Source: Sulfolobales archaeon | GTDB taxonomy: Archaea; Thermoproteota; Thermoprotei_A; Sulfolobales; NBVN01 | Assembly (NCBI GenBank): GCA_038841535.1 | Contig: JAWBTQ010000006.1 | Location: forward strand, 6,425 to 70,424 | Direction: 5' to 3' | DNA: 64,000 bases | In this document: positions 1 to 9,058 of the stretch, piece after piece | How the letters are laid out: every line of letters begins with the position of its first letter | How positions within the stretch are numbered: the stretch's first letter is position 1 | The notes under the pieces: model-generated | The model's input: the letters and a program-made list of their open reading frames with translations, nothing else | What the model was told of the DNA's origin: nothing | Databases searched by the model: none | Translations under genes and position numbers: made by a program

Positions 1-14
1 GCGCTTGTATAAGG

Positions 15-566
15 TCAGCGTCTAGCTGTCCATAGATGTGTTAGCTCCTCAGCTGTTGTTATCTCAGCTCCATACATCGTCTTCATGTAGTCCAACGCCC
101 TTTCGTGATCTGTGGTGTTGAATGTAGCTGTAGCATCTCCCACTACTATGACTTTATAGCCTCTGAAGAAAGCATCGGCAGCTGTGTGCTTAACACATAT
201 GTGCGTATGAATCCCAGTAATAACTACTGTTTTGGCTTCAAGTCCTCTAAGCAGGAGGTCCAGCCCTGTCTCAAAAAAAGCTGAGTAAGTTCTTTTCTCG
301 AGGACATAGTCGTGAGGTAGCGGCTTAAGTTCATCAATTACTTTAGATGCCTCGTCACCCTTCATTGAATGCTCTCCCCAGAGTCTTATTTCAGGATCTG
401 TTGGAAAGTGAGAGTCATTTACGTATACAACCGGGATACCGATAGATCTAGCTACCTGAATAACCTTCCCCACCTTGTCAACTATTTCGGCACACGGCTG
501 GCACTTGAGCCTCCCATAAATGAAATCGTATAACATGTCTATGACAAGCACAACATATCCACTCAC
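15..566 (-). CDS. isochorismatase-family cysteine hydrolase (nicotinamidase-like)
   Basis: 183-aa ORF. It has VLVIDMLYDF near the N-terminus, KRTYSAFF in the middle and VVITGIHTHICVKHTA (catalytic Cys context), which is the typical pattern of the isochorismatase/nicotinamidase fold. Confidence 0.75.
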   Translation of the reverse strand: MSGYVVLVIDMLYDFIYGRLKCQPCAEIVDKVGKVIQVARSIGIPVVYVNDSHFPTDPEIRLWGEHSMKGDEASKVIDELKPLPHDYVLEKRTYSAFFETGLDLLLRGLEAKTVVITGIHTHICVKHTAADAFFRGYKVIVVGDATATFNTTDHERALDYMKTMYGAEITTAEELTHLWTARR

Positions 567-680
567 GTTAGCCCCTAATATCGTTCGGTTTTAGTCTTAT
601 TATCTTCTTACGCTGTTCCCACAGTTGCGCACCATAAAGTGCTTTAACCATAAGTACCTTAGTCTTCATTTAATCCGCGT

Positions 681-1670
681 TTAAGGTTGCTTCATTGACT
701 CTAGAACACCTCTGCTTACAGCAAAAACAGCACAGACAAGTTCTTCCTCAGATTTTTCTAGAAGTTCAAGAGCTTTTTCACCCTTAAGTGATTTGTCTCC
801 CTGCTCTAGAAGGATTCCCAGTATGTTATTGCCCTCCACTAGTAGTCTGACAGTATGATTCTCGCCCTTAAGGACTGCGTAGATGGGGCTTTGGTTCTTA
901 GTGCTAATATCTGCTAGAGTCTCTACTAACAAAGGCGAGCACCTCATTCTGAATGTAGTTATGGACCTTCCTTGCGTAGTTAATCTATACACAACTATCG
1001 GGTCTTCAAGAAAGTTCGAATAGAGATCTGAAACTAACTTACTCTCAATTCTACCACCTTCCTCCCTAGGCACCTCAGGAACTACAGGTTCCGCAGTTCC
1101 TTTCTCCTCCTCTTTTTTCACGGCTTCAACAACTCCAGCTGTTCGTAGTTCTTCAGGTAATGGGGTTGCTGTCTGTTTAGGAGGTTCTGCGACCTCACGC
1201 TGTACCTCTATAGGTTTAGTAGAAACACTCTTTAAAGCTTCCGAGACACTCTCAGGTATTCTTGATATGAATCGCTCGGTCTCGCTGGCCACTCCAGAGA
1301 GCCTCTCTCTTAGAGCACCCGATCGAACATAAACCTCAAAGCTAATCTCAGTACCATCCTCGAACTTTGTAGCAACCATTCTAAAGGTTAGATCCATGCG
1401 GGGTGGTCTGAAAAAGCCTAATACCACCTCACCGATCATGCTACTCTCTAAAGTGAATTTGTTTGTTCCCTTCGCTATCACGTAGCTGAAGACAGCATCT
1501 CCTTTAAATCCAAAAGCGTCCATGTGAATGACTACGTCACTTCCTCTGAAGGATTTAAACTCTACTGATACAGGCAGTAATGAAAAGAAATCCTTGGGTC
1601 TCAACACTGCCTCATACACTTCCTCAAGAGCATGAGGTACTCTAAACGTTATACTTCGATGAACAGGCAC
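681..1670 (-). CDS. hypothetical protein (SRPBCC-like N-terminal half, E/P/K-rich linker, unknown C-terminal domain)
   Basis: 329-aa ORF with protein-like composition. No diagnostic motif was recognised, and the domain guess rests on sequence feel only. Confidence 0.45.
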   Translation of the reverse strand: MPVHRSITFRVPHALEEVYEAVLRPKDFFSLLPVSVEFKSFRGSDVVIHMDAFGFKGDAVFSYVIAKGTNKFTLESSMIGEVVLGFFRPPRMDLTFRMVATKFEDGTEISFEVYVRSGALRERLSGVASETERFISRIPESVSEALKSVSTKPIEVQREVAEPPKQTATPLPEELRTAGVVEAVKKEEEKGTAEPVVPEVPREEGGRIESKLVSDLYSNFLEDPIVVYRLTTQGRSITTFRMRCSPLLVETLADISTKNQSPIYAVLKGENHTVRLLVEGNNILGILLEQGDKSLKGEKALELLEKSEEELVCAVFAVSRGVLESMKQP

Positions 1671-1751
1671 GGTACCTCATATTAGTAAGCTATTCGATCC
1701 TTAAATAATTGCGTAAGTTCGGTTAACGATGGCTTCCAGTGATTGCAGCAT

Positions 1752-2618
1752 CTATTGGCAGGTGACACGTTTAACGCTCACCTTTCCTTTGAGTGTTTCG
1801 AGCTCTTGAGTTGTAAACCAGGGGAGTTTTCCCCTCAGCTTTAGAGCAGCAGCTGATGATGCTATTGCCACAGCATCCAGAAGCTCTAATTTCTCTATAA
1901 ACATGTAGTGAGTTAGTACTGCCGTAAATACATCTCCTAGCCCAACCGATTCCCCGTAAAAACCCTGTGGTGGAGCTATCTCGTATAGACACCTATCTCT
2001 ATATGACGAAACTTTGAAAGGTTTCTCACCGTCGGTTATAACGACGTCAGATCTAAGCCTCTCCATACACTCCAAAGGAGTTGCCCAACACTCTCTAGGA
2101 AACTCTTCTTTCTCACCTCTTACGATACTCCACCTAGATGTCTCTAAGTATTTTCCTACTTCGAACACTTTTTGCGAGTCATGGACTATCTTGCCGTGCT
2201 CACTCACTTTCCTAACAAACCCCTGGATATCGACAACTACATCACGACCTCTTACTAGCTCAACTAAGTATCGAGGATCTAGCTCACTGTATGTAGTTGA
2301 GATAAGTGCTAAGCTAAAATTCTTTACTGCTTTTACGAGAGTCTCTACCTCAAAGAATGACTGCTTTAGAACCCGAAGACTTCTATCACCACTTTCGTGT
2401 AGTCCTATTTCGAACACAGTCTCACCAAAACCAGCTTCCATTACGTCTAAGTAGTGACTTAGCTTGCCCAGATACCTCGAAACTGCGGACCTCGTCGTCA
2501 CTAAGAGGGCATGTGAGCCAAGATGAGAGAGTGTTACGCCAATGTAATAAGCTGGTCCACCTAAGTGAACTCCTCTCGCTATGTAATCAAGAGTAGATGC
2601 TGCGATTACTACTAACAC
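1752..2618 (-). CDS. PfkB/ribokinase-family carbohydrate kinase
   Basis: 288-aa ORF. The C-terminal GLGDVFTAVL resembles the PfkB signature GAGDxF, and the length and N-terminal beta-strand start fit the ribokinase fold. Confidence 0.6.
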   Translation of the reverse strand: MLVVIAASTLDYIARGVHLGGPAYYIGVTLSHLGSHALLVTTRSAVSRYLGKLSHYLDVMEAGFGETVFEIGLHESGDRSLRVLKQSFFEVETLVKAVKNFSLALISTTYSELDPRYLVELVRGRDVVVDIQGFVRKVSEHGKIVHDSQKVFEVGKYLETSRWSIVRGEKEEFPRECWATPLECMERLRSDVVITDGEKPFKVSSYRDRCLYEIAPPQGFYGESVGLGDVFTAVLTHYMFIEKLELLDAVAIASSAAALKLRGKLPWFTTQELETLKGKVSVKRVTCQ

Positions 2619-3060
2619 AGGAATCCTCCTGAATGCTATCGTAATCTAGAAAGTATTAAGCGTGTTATACACAGTCTCCTATACCCGGGAATAACTAGGC
2701 TATATAGCTATGCGGTACTTTAATAACTAACGAAAACTCTAGCTAAGAGTATAACTAAAGTGCTAGAAACTCCTTCCTCGCCTTTCTCCGCTCTAGCTTG
2801 CTTTAGGCTGACCCCGGCGGCTTACTGCGATCTTCTAGAACCAGCCTCAGTACTCATTGGACTCGAAAACCTAGGATCACCGTTAAATACCGGTTACTGT
2901 AACTCCGGATCTCTATACACCCACCGTAACGAAAGCGATGGAAGCCTTAGAAAAGAGCTGGAACTAAAAGAGCTGAATGTCCTACGGAGTGAGGGTTCGA
3001 ATATGAGTCAGGAGAACAGGGTCACGGTTCGCGCTCTTTGAGGAAGTCACTAACTTTGAA

Positions 3061-3762
3061 CTAAGACCGATAAGAAGTTAGCCTATACTCTCTCCCGCAG
3101 TGTAAGTACACTACTCCCTCTTTAATCATGGCATTCATGAGCTCTCTTTCTTCGTGACTCAGCTTGGAGACTTCAAGTTTCTTTATCGGGAACTTGCTTG
3201 AAAAGCTTTTATAGAATTCTGAGTCTACCGCTAGGTCTGATATTACCACTATTAACTCCGCTTTAACGTACTCATCAATGGGCCTTTTAGCTATAGATAG
3301 GACTTCGCTCAGCTTCATAACTTTTTTACTCTTTAACTCCTTGATGGCCCTGTCTTCAGCTAGGTCTTGGTCGGGTAGAGGTCTTGGTTTAACTTCCTGA
3401 CTGGCTTTTGTTAGAGCCTCTAAGGCTACTTTAATCTCCTTTATTTCCTTTTCAAGTTTGTTTACTCGAGTAACTAGATGACCGACCTCTTCTCTAAGCT
3501 TCTCTATGTCAAGAGAGAGATCGTCTTTCTGCTTCCTTATCTCCGCACTAGATTCCATTTCAGCTTCCTCAAAGCTTGAGGAGTCAATAGCTCTAGCATA
3601 GTACCCCTCACCTGGAACCCTAACTACGCGACCCGAATCTCTAAGTCTATTAAGAGCTATTCGAACTTGACTTAGTGGAAGTCCTAGAGCGTCAGCAATC
3701 AGCCTAGGTGTCGCTCCCGGATTCTCCTTCAAGTATCTGAGTATTCTAAGTTCTACACTCAA
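3061..3762 (-). CDS. winged-helix DNA-binding protein with central coiled coil
   Basis: 233-aa ORF. The N-terminus ILRYLKENPGATPRLIADALGLPLSQVRIALNRLRDSGRVVRV is wHTH-like, followed by a heptad-rich K/E segment. Confidence 0.55.
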   Translation of the reverse strand: MSVELRILRYLKENPGATPRLIADALGLPLSQVRIALNRLRDSGRVVRVPGEGYYARAIDSSSFEEAEMESSAEIRKQKDDLSLDIEKLREEVGHLVTRVNKLEKEIKEIKVALEALTKASQEVKPRPLPDQDLAEDRAIKELKSKKVMKLSEVLSIAKRPIDEYVKAELIVVISDLAVDSEFYKSFSSKFPIKKLEVSKLSHEERELMNAMIKEGVVYLHCGREYRLTSYRS

Positions 3763-3802
3763 GATATACCAAGGAACTTATAATGCTAGATAGCTAATAA
3801 GT

Positions 3803-4180
3803 ATGGGTAATAGTACGAGCACCGGCATAGAATCTAAAAAGAAGAAGTTGATGGAGCTAGTAGACCTGAGTGCTGAACCGTGGAGAAAGGCAGCATTCTA
3901 TTCAAACGATGAAGCTATAGCGTTAGTAACAGAACTGTATCAGCGCTGGGAAACTCAGAAAAGAAGGGGTAACCCACTAGACTACGCTACCGAGGAGGAA
4001 CTCGATAGATTACTCCTAATCGCAGAAAAAATAGAGCCTGGTGACATTCAAGATCAGCAGACTAGAATGCTTATTGCGGCACTCTATGGTGAGGAAGCTC
4101 TAGAATCAGTAAAGCACGAGGAGAGAAAGAAGTCTAGAAAGTTCACAAGGATCTTAAAGAGAATGTTCTTTCTAGAGTAA
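3803..4180 (+). CDS. hypothetical protein
   Basis: 125-aa ORF of charged helical composition with no recognised motif. Confidence 0.4.
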   Translation: MGNSTSTGIESKKKKLMELVDLSAEPWRKAAFYSNDEAIALVTELYQRWETQKRRGNPLDYATEEELDRLLLIAEKIEPGDIQDQQTRMLIAALYGEEALESVKHEERKKSRKFTRILKRMFFLE

Positions 4181-4339
4181 ACTCTTCGATAGCTCACAGC
4201 TTTTATCTATGTCTTAATACAGTACATTTCGTCATCAAAGTATTTCTGGCACACTGCAGTCAGAAGGGTTCGACCGTTTTAAGAAAAAAGGTTTAGTGTG
4301 ATTTTTATAGGAGTTTAAGTCGTTTAGAGGAGTATTATA

Positions 4340-4830
4340 GTGCGAGAGAGGTCTGCGAGATTCTGGGGTTACTAGTAGAGCTTTCAGAAGGCGAATAGGG
4401 GAGGGGGGATTAGAACTGTTAATGTCTATAGCGGGTGGAGGATACCTAAGGGCGAGGAGGAGGGGTTCGAGGTAGTCAGGGAAGCGTTCGGGGAGACTGG
4501 GATACTCAGAGCAGCTGTATATGCTCGTGTAAGCGGCTTCGAGTAGAGAACCGTTAGAGGCGTTAGAGAAGTACCTCGAGCAGTGGGAATGAATATTGAT
4601 GACGGTGGTGACAGATGCTGCTGGCGAGTTGAACGAGGGCAGGAAGGAGCTGAGGAAGGTCTTGGATATGGCTGAGAAGCGCGAGCTCGATGTCCTGGTT
4701 GTCGCGCATAGGGATAGGTTAGCTAGGTTCAGTTTTCAGTAACTTCAAGAGCTGTTTAAAGGCTACGGTGTAGACTTGGTTACAGTCTTTCAGGAGAAGC
4801 TTAAGAAATATACGCAGGAGCTCATGTATG
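4340..4830 (+). pseudogene. IS607-type serine recombinase (tnpA) pseudogene
   Basis: Translated fragments are broken by stops at 4373, 4376 and 4544 and by at least one frameshift. SARFWGY**SFQKANRGGGIRTVNVYSGWRIPKGEEEGFEVV looks like a MerR-type HTH. AAVYARVSGFE* matches the resolvase catalytic-Ser motif YARVS. VVTDAAGELNEGRKELRKVLDMAEKRELDVLVVAHRDRLARFSFQ*LQELFKGYGVDLVTV looks like a resolvase core. Confidence 0.7.
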
Positions 4831-5247
4831 TTAGAACTGAAGCTCGGGAGGCTCAAGCTCTACGTGGTGTTCTCTAGGAGCGCTGAGTATAAAGAGGGTT
4901 ACAGCAGGTAATTGGCGTGGGCATCAACGAGAACAATGTAACTTTGTTCATCGCTTCGCTCTCGACAACAAGTCTATAACAATAGGGAGACAAACCACAG
5001 CAGATGGTTCTAGGCTACGCCTCGTGAAACTGTTTAGTTTTTCATATCTGTTCGTATTGGTTGATATTGATAGAAACGTTTATAAACACCTTATACAGTG
5101 ATATACGCTGAGGTACCTCGATGAGGGATCGAGAGCTCTCAACAAGGGCTCTCCCCGAGACACAGCAAGATGTGGGGTGCCCGGGGTCGCCCTGAACGCC
5201 CCCAAGGGTGGTGCAAACCCAAGACCGATGCGGGGGAACAGAAATGA
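4831..5247 (+). pseudogene. tnpB (IS605 OrfB-like) remnants, heavily deleted
   Basis: The fragments LELKLGRLKLYVVFSRSAEYKEGYSR* and GVGINENNVTLF (GIDxN-like RuvC-I context) sit directly after the tnpA relic. A C-terminal tail is shared with the second relic at 14893-15120. Only about 0.4 kb remains of a gene expected to be about 1.2 kb. Confidence 0.5.
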
Positions 5248-5293
5248 GGCTATGAAGACAACCGATATAAACCTACATCAGAGCTGAACCCCT
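5121..5293 (+). repeat. copy A of a GC-rich module of about 175 nt (candidate TnpB omega-RNA / IS right end)
   Basis: It aligns along its whole length with 14985-15166. Shared blocks are GGGCTCTCCCCGAG, AGATGTGGGGTGCCCGGGGT, CCCTGAACG, ATGCGGGGGAACAGA, ATATAAACC and GAGCTGAACC. My hand count gives 65 G/C out of 100 nt for 5141-5240. Confidence 0.8.
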
Positions 5294-5919
5294 CAGCGTA
5301 AACCCTGAGCTAATATGTATTTTTCGTAAACCTTGATGGCTATAGCGATAGCCGCTTTCAGGTCCTCATGTAAGTCGTTGACTTCTACACCCGCGAGTTT
5401 GGGGATAATAGACCTGTTTGTCTTTTCCTCTTCTATTATGTAGGTGGCAGCCACTCTTCCGCTCTCTATGATGCTCGATATTTCAGCGGGAAGTTCTCTC
5501 AAGTACTCGGCACCTATGCCTAAAAGGATGATCCGCGGTTTTAGTGCATTAAGCTTCTCAATGATAATCCTTATCTCTTCTACTCGATCTACATAATCGC
5601 AAGTGAGGAGCCTTCTTCCAGCTAGGACGGCATAAGCTATCCTCTTGCCAAGGTCAATCCCCACTGAGATAGGGCTGCTGGTGCCTATTATCCTAGATAG
5701 CAATACGCTATATACTTCTTCAGCACTATTTACGGTTAACACATCAGCGCATGGCTCTATAGACACTTTGTTTTCAGTTATGTACTCTAAGCCTTCATTA
5801 TCTGTAACAAGGAGTTCGCGGTTATAACATAAGTCTCTCAAGTCCATAGGAACTCTGAATCTGATCCCGTACTTCCTTAGCAACGCTACAAGCTCAAGAG
5901 ACAGTCTTGGATTCAACAC
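5293..5919 (-). CDS. RNase H-fold (RuvC/YqgF-like) predicted nuclease
   Basis: 208-aa ORF. ISVGIDLGKRIAYAVL, ILLGIGAEYL and NDLHEDLKAAIAIAIKVY resemble the D...E...D(x)AAxAIA arrangement of RuvC-like nucleases. Confidence 0.5.
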   Translation of the reverse strand: MLNPRLSLELVALLRKYGIRFRVPMDLRDLCYNRELLVTDNEGLEYITENKVSIEPCADVLTVNSAEEVYSVLLSRIIGTSSPISVGIDLGKRIAYAVLAGRRLLTCDYVDRVEEIRIIIEKLNALKPRIILLGIGAEYLRELPAEISSIIESGRVAATYIIEEEKTNRSIIPKLAGVEVNDLHEDLKAAIAIAIKVYEKYILAQGLR

Positions 5920-6114
5920 GAAGAGAGATAACTCAGCTACCGCTGTACACCCCCGATCTCCGCTATCTTCTATTGTATATATTACGCTCTCTACAAGGCA
6001 GGGCCCATATTCCTTAGTTCCGCGCTATCTGGGATAGAGAAATACTCTTAATGGCGAGTGCAAGGCTAACCTCTTCATAAGGAGGAAAGTCCCCTCAGAG
6101 TGGGGGAGTTTTGA

Positions 6115-6600
6115 CTACTTGAACCTCAATCTTGACTTTATCCTAGCTAACGTCGTCTTAAGGTCTTCAGGCACTACTTTCGTTTCGGCAACTACCGGCA
6201 TGAAGTTTGTATCACCCAACCACCTAGGCACTATGTGCACGTGTATATGAGCCTCCACACCAGCACCTGCTACTTTTCCGATATTTACTCCTACGTTATA
6301 GCCGTCGGGCTTATATTCCTCGTCAATGGCCCTGATAACTTCCCTAGCGAGATTGAATAGATCCACAACTTCATGGTCGTGAAGCATCTCTATTCTCGCA
6401 ACGTGTCTTTTAGGTGCTATCATAACGTGAGCAGTGTTGTACGGATAGGCATTCAGCATCGCTAAACTGTAGTGTGTGCGAAGTAAGACGAGGTTTTCTT
6501 CTTCGTCTTCTGATGCGGCAGCTTTACAGAACAAGCACACAGACGTTTCAGATGCTCTCCTTATGTAGCTCATCCTCCAGGGCGCCCACAACACTCGCAC
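6115..6600 (-). CDS. HIT-family nucleotide hydrolase/transferase
   Basis: 161-aa ORF with the histidine-triad motif AHIHVHIVPRW and an N-terminal WAPWRMSYI as in Ap4A-phosphorylase/GalT-like HIT proteins. Confidence 0.85.
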   Translation of the reverse strand: MRVLWAPWRMSYIRRASETSVCLFCKAAASEDEEENLVLLRTHYSLAMLNAYPYNTAHVMIAPKRHVARIEMLHDHEVVDLFNLAREVIRAIDEEYKPDGYNVGVNIGKVAGAGVEAHIHVHIVPRWLGDTNFMPVVAETKVVPEDLKTTLARIKSRLRFK

Positions 6601-6683
6601 TCGCAGTCCCCACTAGCCTAGGTTAACTAAGCTATAATAGTCCGTACTCTCAGGCTCTACTACGTAGCGCTAACTCGCAGCAT

Positions 6684-7406
6684 CTAGGTGGAGAACACTA
6701 GTGCTTCAAGAAATGGTTCTACGGTTACGGCAATCACGTATGATAGAGCAATAAATACTATATGAGGCAGCGCGGGAGAGTACACTACGTAATCTTCTAG
6801 CCCAATAAACCCCTCGCTTAAGGCTTCCTCTACATCGATTTTCTGTTTCCCGAAGTCTATATTAACATCGACAGAACCACTGCATATGAAGCCTTCTTGA
6901 GATGGGTGTGTGTGAAGGAAGACGAACTTCTTTTTTAAAAAGCTTGCTACATCGGTCGGTCTACCTATAAGGTAGAGAACCTTCTTACTTCCCTGAACGC
7001 ATTTAATACTGCCCATAGCATTTCTGTATATCGTCAGGTTTCCTACTAGGTTAACAAAAACTATTGGGAGAGGTAAGAGAGACGATAAAACGAACGTGAA
7101 AAGCGGAATTAGTGGCTCATCTAGGTGTGCCAGAGATACCGCTACTACCGCGATAAGGTCTGCCCCACCTATTAATCCAAAAACAAATAGAACGCAATAA
7201 ACTACCGGTGGCAGTATAGCTAGGATAGCTCCTAAGAGGGAGTAGCTCTCAATAGGTTTGAGTACTGCACTGAGTATAACTAATGCGTAAACCGGTATCC
7301 AGCTTACCTCTGGTATCTCCCTATCTTTTAAGTCTCGGTACGATGCGTACGCAAGGGTAGTTACTAGAGCTACTACTGCTAAACTCTCTACTATACTGGC
7401 AACCAA
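6684..7406 (-). CDS. A24-family prepilin/preflagellin-type aspartic signal peptidase
   Basis: 240-aa polytopic membrane ORF. It has DLKDREIPE (first catalytic Asp context) and LIGGADLIAV (GxGD-like second Asp). Confidence 0.65.
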   Translation of the reverse strand: MVASIVESLAVVALVTTLAYASYRDLKDREIPEVSWIPVYALVILSAVLKPIESYSLLGAILAILPPVVYCVLFVFGLIGGADLIAVVAVSLAHLDEPLIPLFTFVLSSLLPLPIVFVNLVGNLTIYRNAMGSIKCVQGSKKVLYLIGRPTDVASFLKKKFVFLHTHPSQEGFICSGSVDVNIDFGKQKIDVEEALSEGFIGLEDYVVYSPALPHIVFIALSYVIAVTVEPFLEALVFST

Positions 7407-7427
7407 CTTATATCTACTCTCCGCTCA

Positions 7428-8375
7428 CTACTCCTCTACGTCCTTAATTCCTTCTTCCGTAATAGCGAAGATAGCTTCACCCTCTGGTAAATGGGGTGCG
7501 TCAACAACTCTAGCGATCCTTCTGTTACCTCTAGACTTCCTCAGCTGAATTCTTACTCCCGGTGCGTGAGCTAGAACATGCCCACCCACAGCCTGTGTTG
7601 GATCTCCATAGAATACGTCTGGTCTGGCCATTACTTGGTTTGTTACTACTATTGCTACTTCGTAGATGTCGGCAACTCTAGATAGTTGGTGAAGGTGCCT
7701 ATTCAGCTTTTGCTGTCTAACTGCTAAATTCTCCCTGCCTGGGTACTCAGCTCTGAAGTGTCCGGTTACAGAGTCAATTACTATTAGCCCTATGTTCTCC
7801 TTTGGTATTAAGTCCATTATCTCCTCGATTATTGCCATTTGGTGATCACTAGATATAGCCCTCACCCAATAGATATTGGTCATGGTCCTCTCGGGATCTA
7901 GGCCCACGGATTTCGCCATGGCTTCTATTCTTTCCCATCTAAACGTTCCCTCAGAATCTACGAACACGGCTTTAGCTTCAAGCCCTCCCCTATCTCTCGG
8001 TAGCTGAACGTTCACGGAAAGCTGTAGACATAGCTGTGTCTTGCCTGTACCGTATTCACCGAAGAACTCAGTGACAGTTCCTATTTCAACTCCTCCACCC
8101 AAGAGTTCGTCAAGTCTTTTAGACCCAGTCGTTATCTTGGGTAACATACCTTTTTCTTTCTTTAAATCGAGAGCCGTCTTTAGAGTTAGACCTAAGAGCT
8201 CTCGTGCCTTAGAAACGATCCTATGCGCTGTTGGAAGAGGAATTCCAGCTACACTTGCCAGCTCGCTTATGTTAGCTACAGCTATAGACTCGAGAGTTTT
8301 ATATCCGGCTTCCTTTAGTTTAGTGAGGATTGTCGAAGAAATACCTAAGTCTTCGAGATTCTTCTTACTACTCAT
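7428..8375 (-). CDS. radA: DNA repair and recombination protein RadA
   Basis: 315-aa ORF. It has an N-terminal HhH domain ([17 protein letters not shown]), the Walker A motif [12 protein letters not shown] and a Walker B motif LIVIDSV, with RadA/Rad51-type length. Confidence 0.95.
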   Translation of the reverse strand: MSSKKNLEDLGISSTILTKLKEAGYKTLESIAVANISELASVAGIPLPTAHRIVSKARELLGLTLKTALDLKKEKGMLPKITTGSKRLDELLGGGVEIGTVTEFFGEYGTGKTQLCLQLSVNVQLPRDRGGLEAKAVFVDSEGTFRWERIEAMAKSVGLDPERTMTNIYWVRAISSDHQMAIIEEIMDLIPKENIGLIVIDSVTGHFRAEYPGRENLAVRQQKLNRHLHQLSRVADIYEVAIVVTNQVMARPDVFYGDPTQAVGGHVLAHAPGVRIQLRKSRGNRRIARVVDAPHLPEGEAIFAITEEGIKDVEE

Positions 8376-8416
8376 ACCTCCCTCCTCATCTAAAGAGTTA
8401 GAAAGCTATTAAACGC

Positions 8417-9058
8417 TCATCTTTCAATACATGAAGCTCTCAGTAAGTCATAGACCTCTGGAACTACCTTAGATGTTTCCTCTAGCATTTGCTTAACTAG
8501 CTCTCTTATCTCCCACTGCGCCTTATCGGAGAGCCTAAGGCAGGCTATGTACAGTAGTTCCCGGAGGTTCACTGTCATGAGTACCTTGGTAGTAACTGCT
8601 TGAGGTAGTACATATCTTGCATCCTCGTAGGGGATGCCTGCTTCCACCATCTCTTTATAAAGCCTGAGAGCTTCTTCAACTACGTTTTTAAACTCCTCTT
8701 CGAAGTTTCTTAGCCTCACTGATTCAGGAACTATGTAGTCACCTTCAGCTTTAGCGTACCTCTGAGACTCTTGAGTATAGGAAGCCAGCCTATGTCTAAC
8801 TAGTTGGTGAGACGTGACCCTAGATATACCCTCTATCAAGAAAGTGAACGACAGATGTTCTAGTACAGACGGAAAACTAGTTGACTCCAAAATCCACCCA
8901 CGTACGTCCTCCTCTGGGTAATCACTTAAGTAGTGCTGTAGAGTCTCCAGTGACAGCTTTCCCTGTGAGGTCTTAGCAGCTAGTACAACAATCCTTCGGG
9001 GGTCACCACTACGAGGTGAACTCCATGAGACCAGAGTAACCCTCAAAACCAATCCCAA
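8417..9058 (-). CDS. thyX: FAD-dependent thymidylate synthase ThyX
   Basis: 213-aa ORF carrying the ThyX signature RHRLASYTQESQRY (RHRxxSxxxxSxR). Confidence 0.9.
   Translation of the reverse strand: MGLVLRVTLVSWSSPRSGDPRRIVVLAAKTSQGKLSLETLQHYLSDYPEEDVRGWILESTSFPSVLEHLSFTFLIEGISRVTSHQLVRHRLASYTQESQRYAKAEGDYIVPESVRLRNFEEEFKNVVEEALRLYKEMVEAGIPYEDARYVLPQAVTTKVLMTVNLRELLYIACLRLSDKAQWEIRELVKQMLEETSKVVPEVYDLLRASCIER

Larger units (their letters stand above)
4340..5293 (+). mobile_element. decayed IS607-family insertion sequence (tnpA pseudogene, tnpB fragments and conserved right-end module)
   Basis: The order tnpA(Ser) then tnpB then conserved terminal module is the IS607 layout. The left boundary is approximate. 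The right boundary is set by the end of homology with the second copy. Confidence 0.6.

Noticed and set aside
2760-3041. 93-aa plus-strand ORF.
   Set aside because: It has a GTG start, an atypical amino-acid composition and no motif. It is treated as non-coding (see the finding on this gap).
6082-6107. GAGGAAAGTCC, identical to the RNase P RNA CR-I core, followed by a CCCC-7nt-GGGG hairpin.
   Set aside because: The whole intergenic space is only about 195 nt, and an RNase P RNA starting here would run antisense into the HIT gene. No CR-IV or CR-V partner motifs lie nearby. The hairpin sits just past the HIT gene stop and is more simply a 3'-end hairpin.
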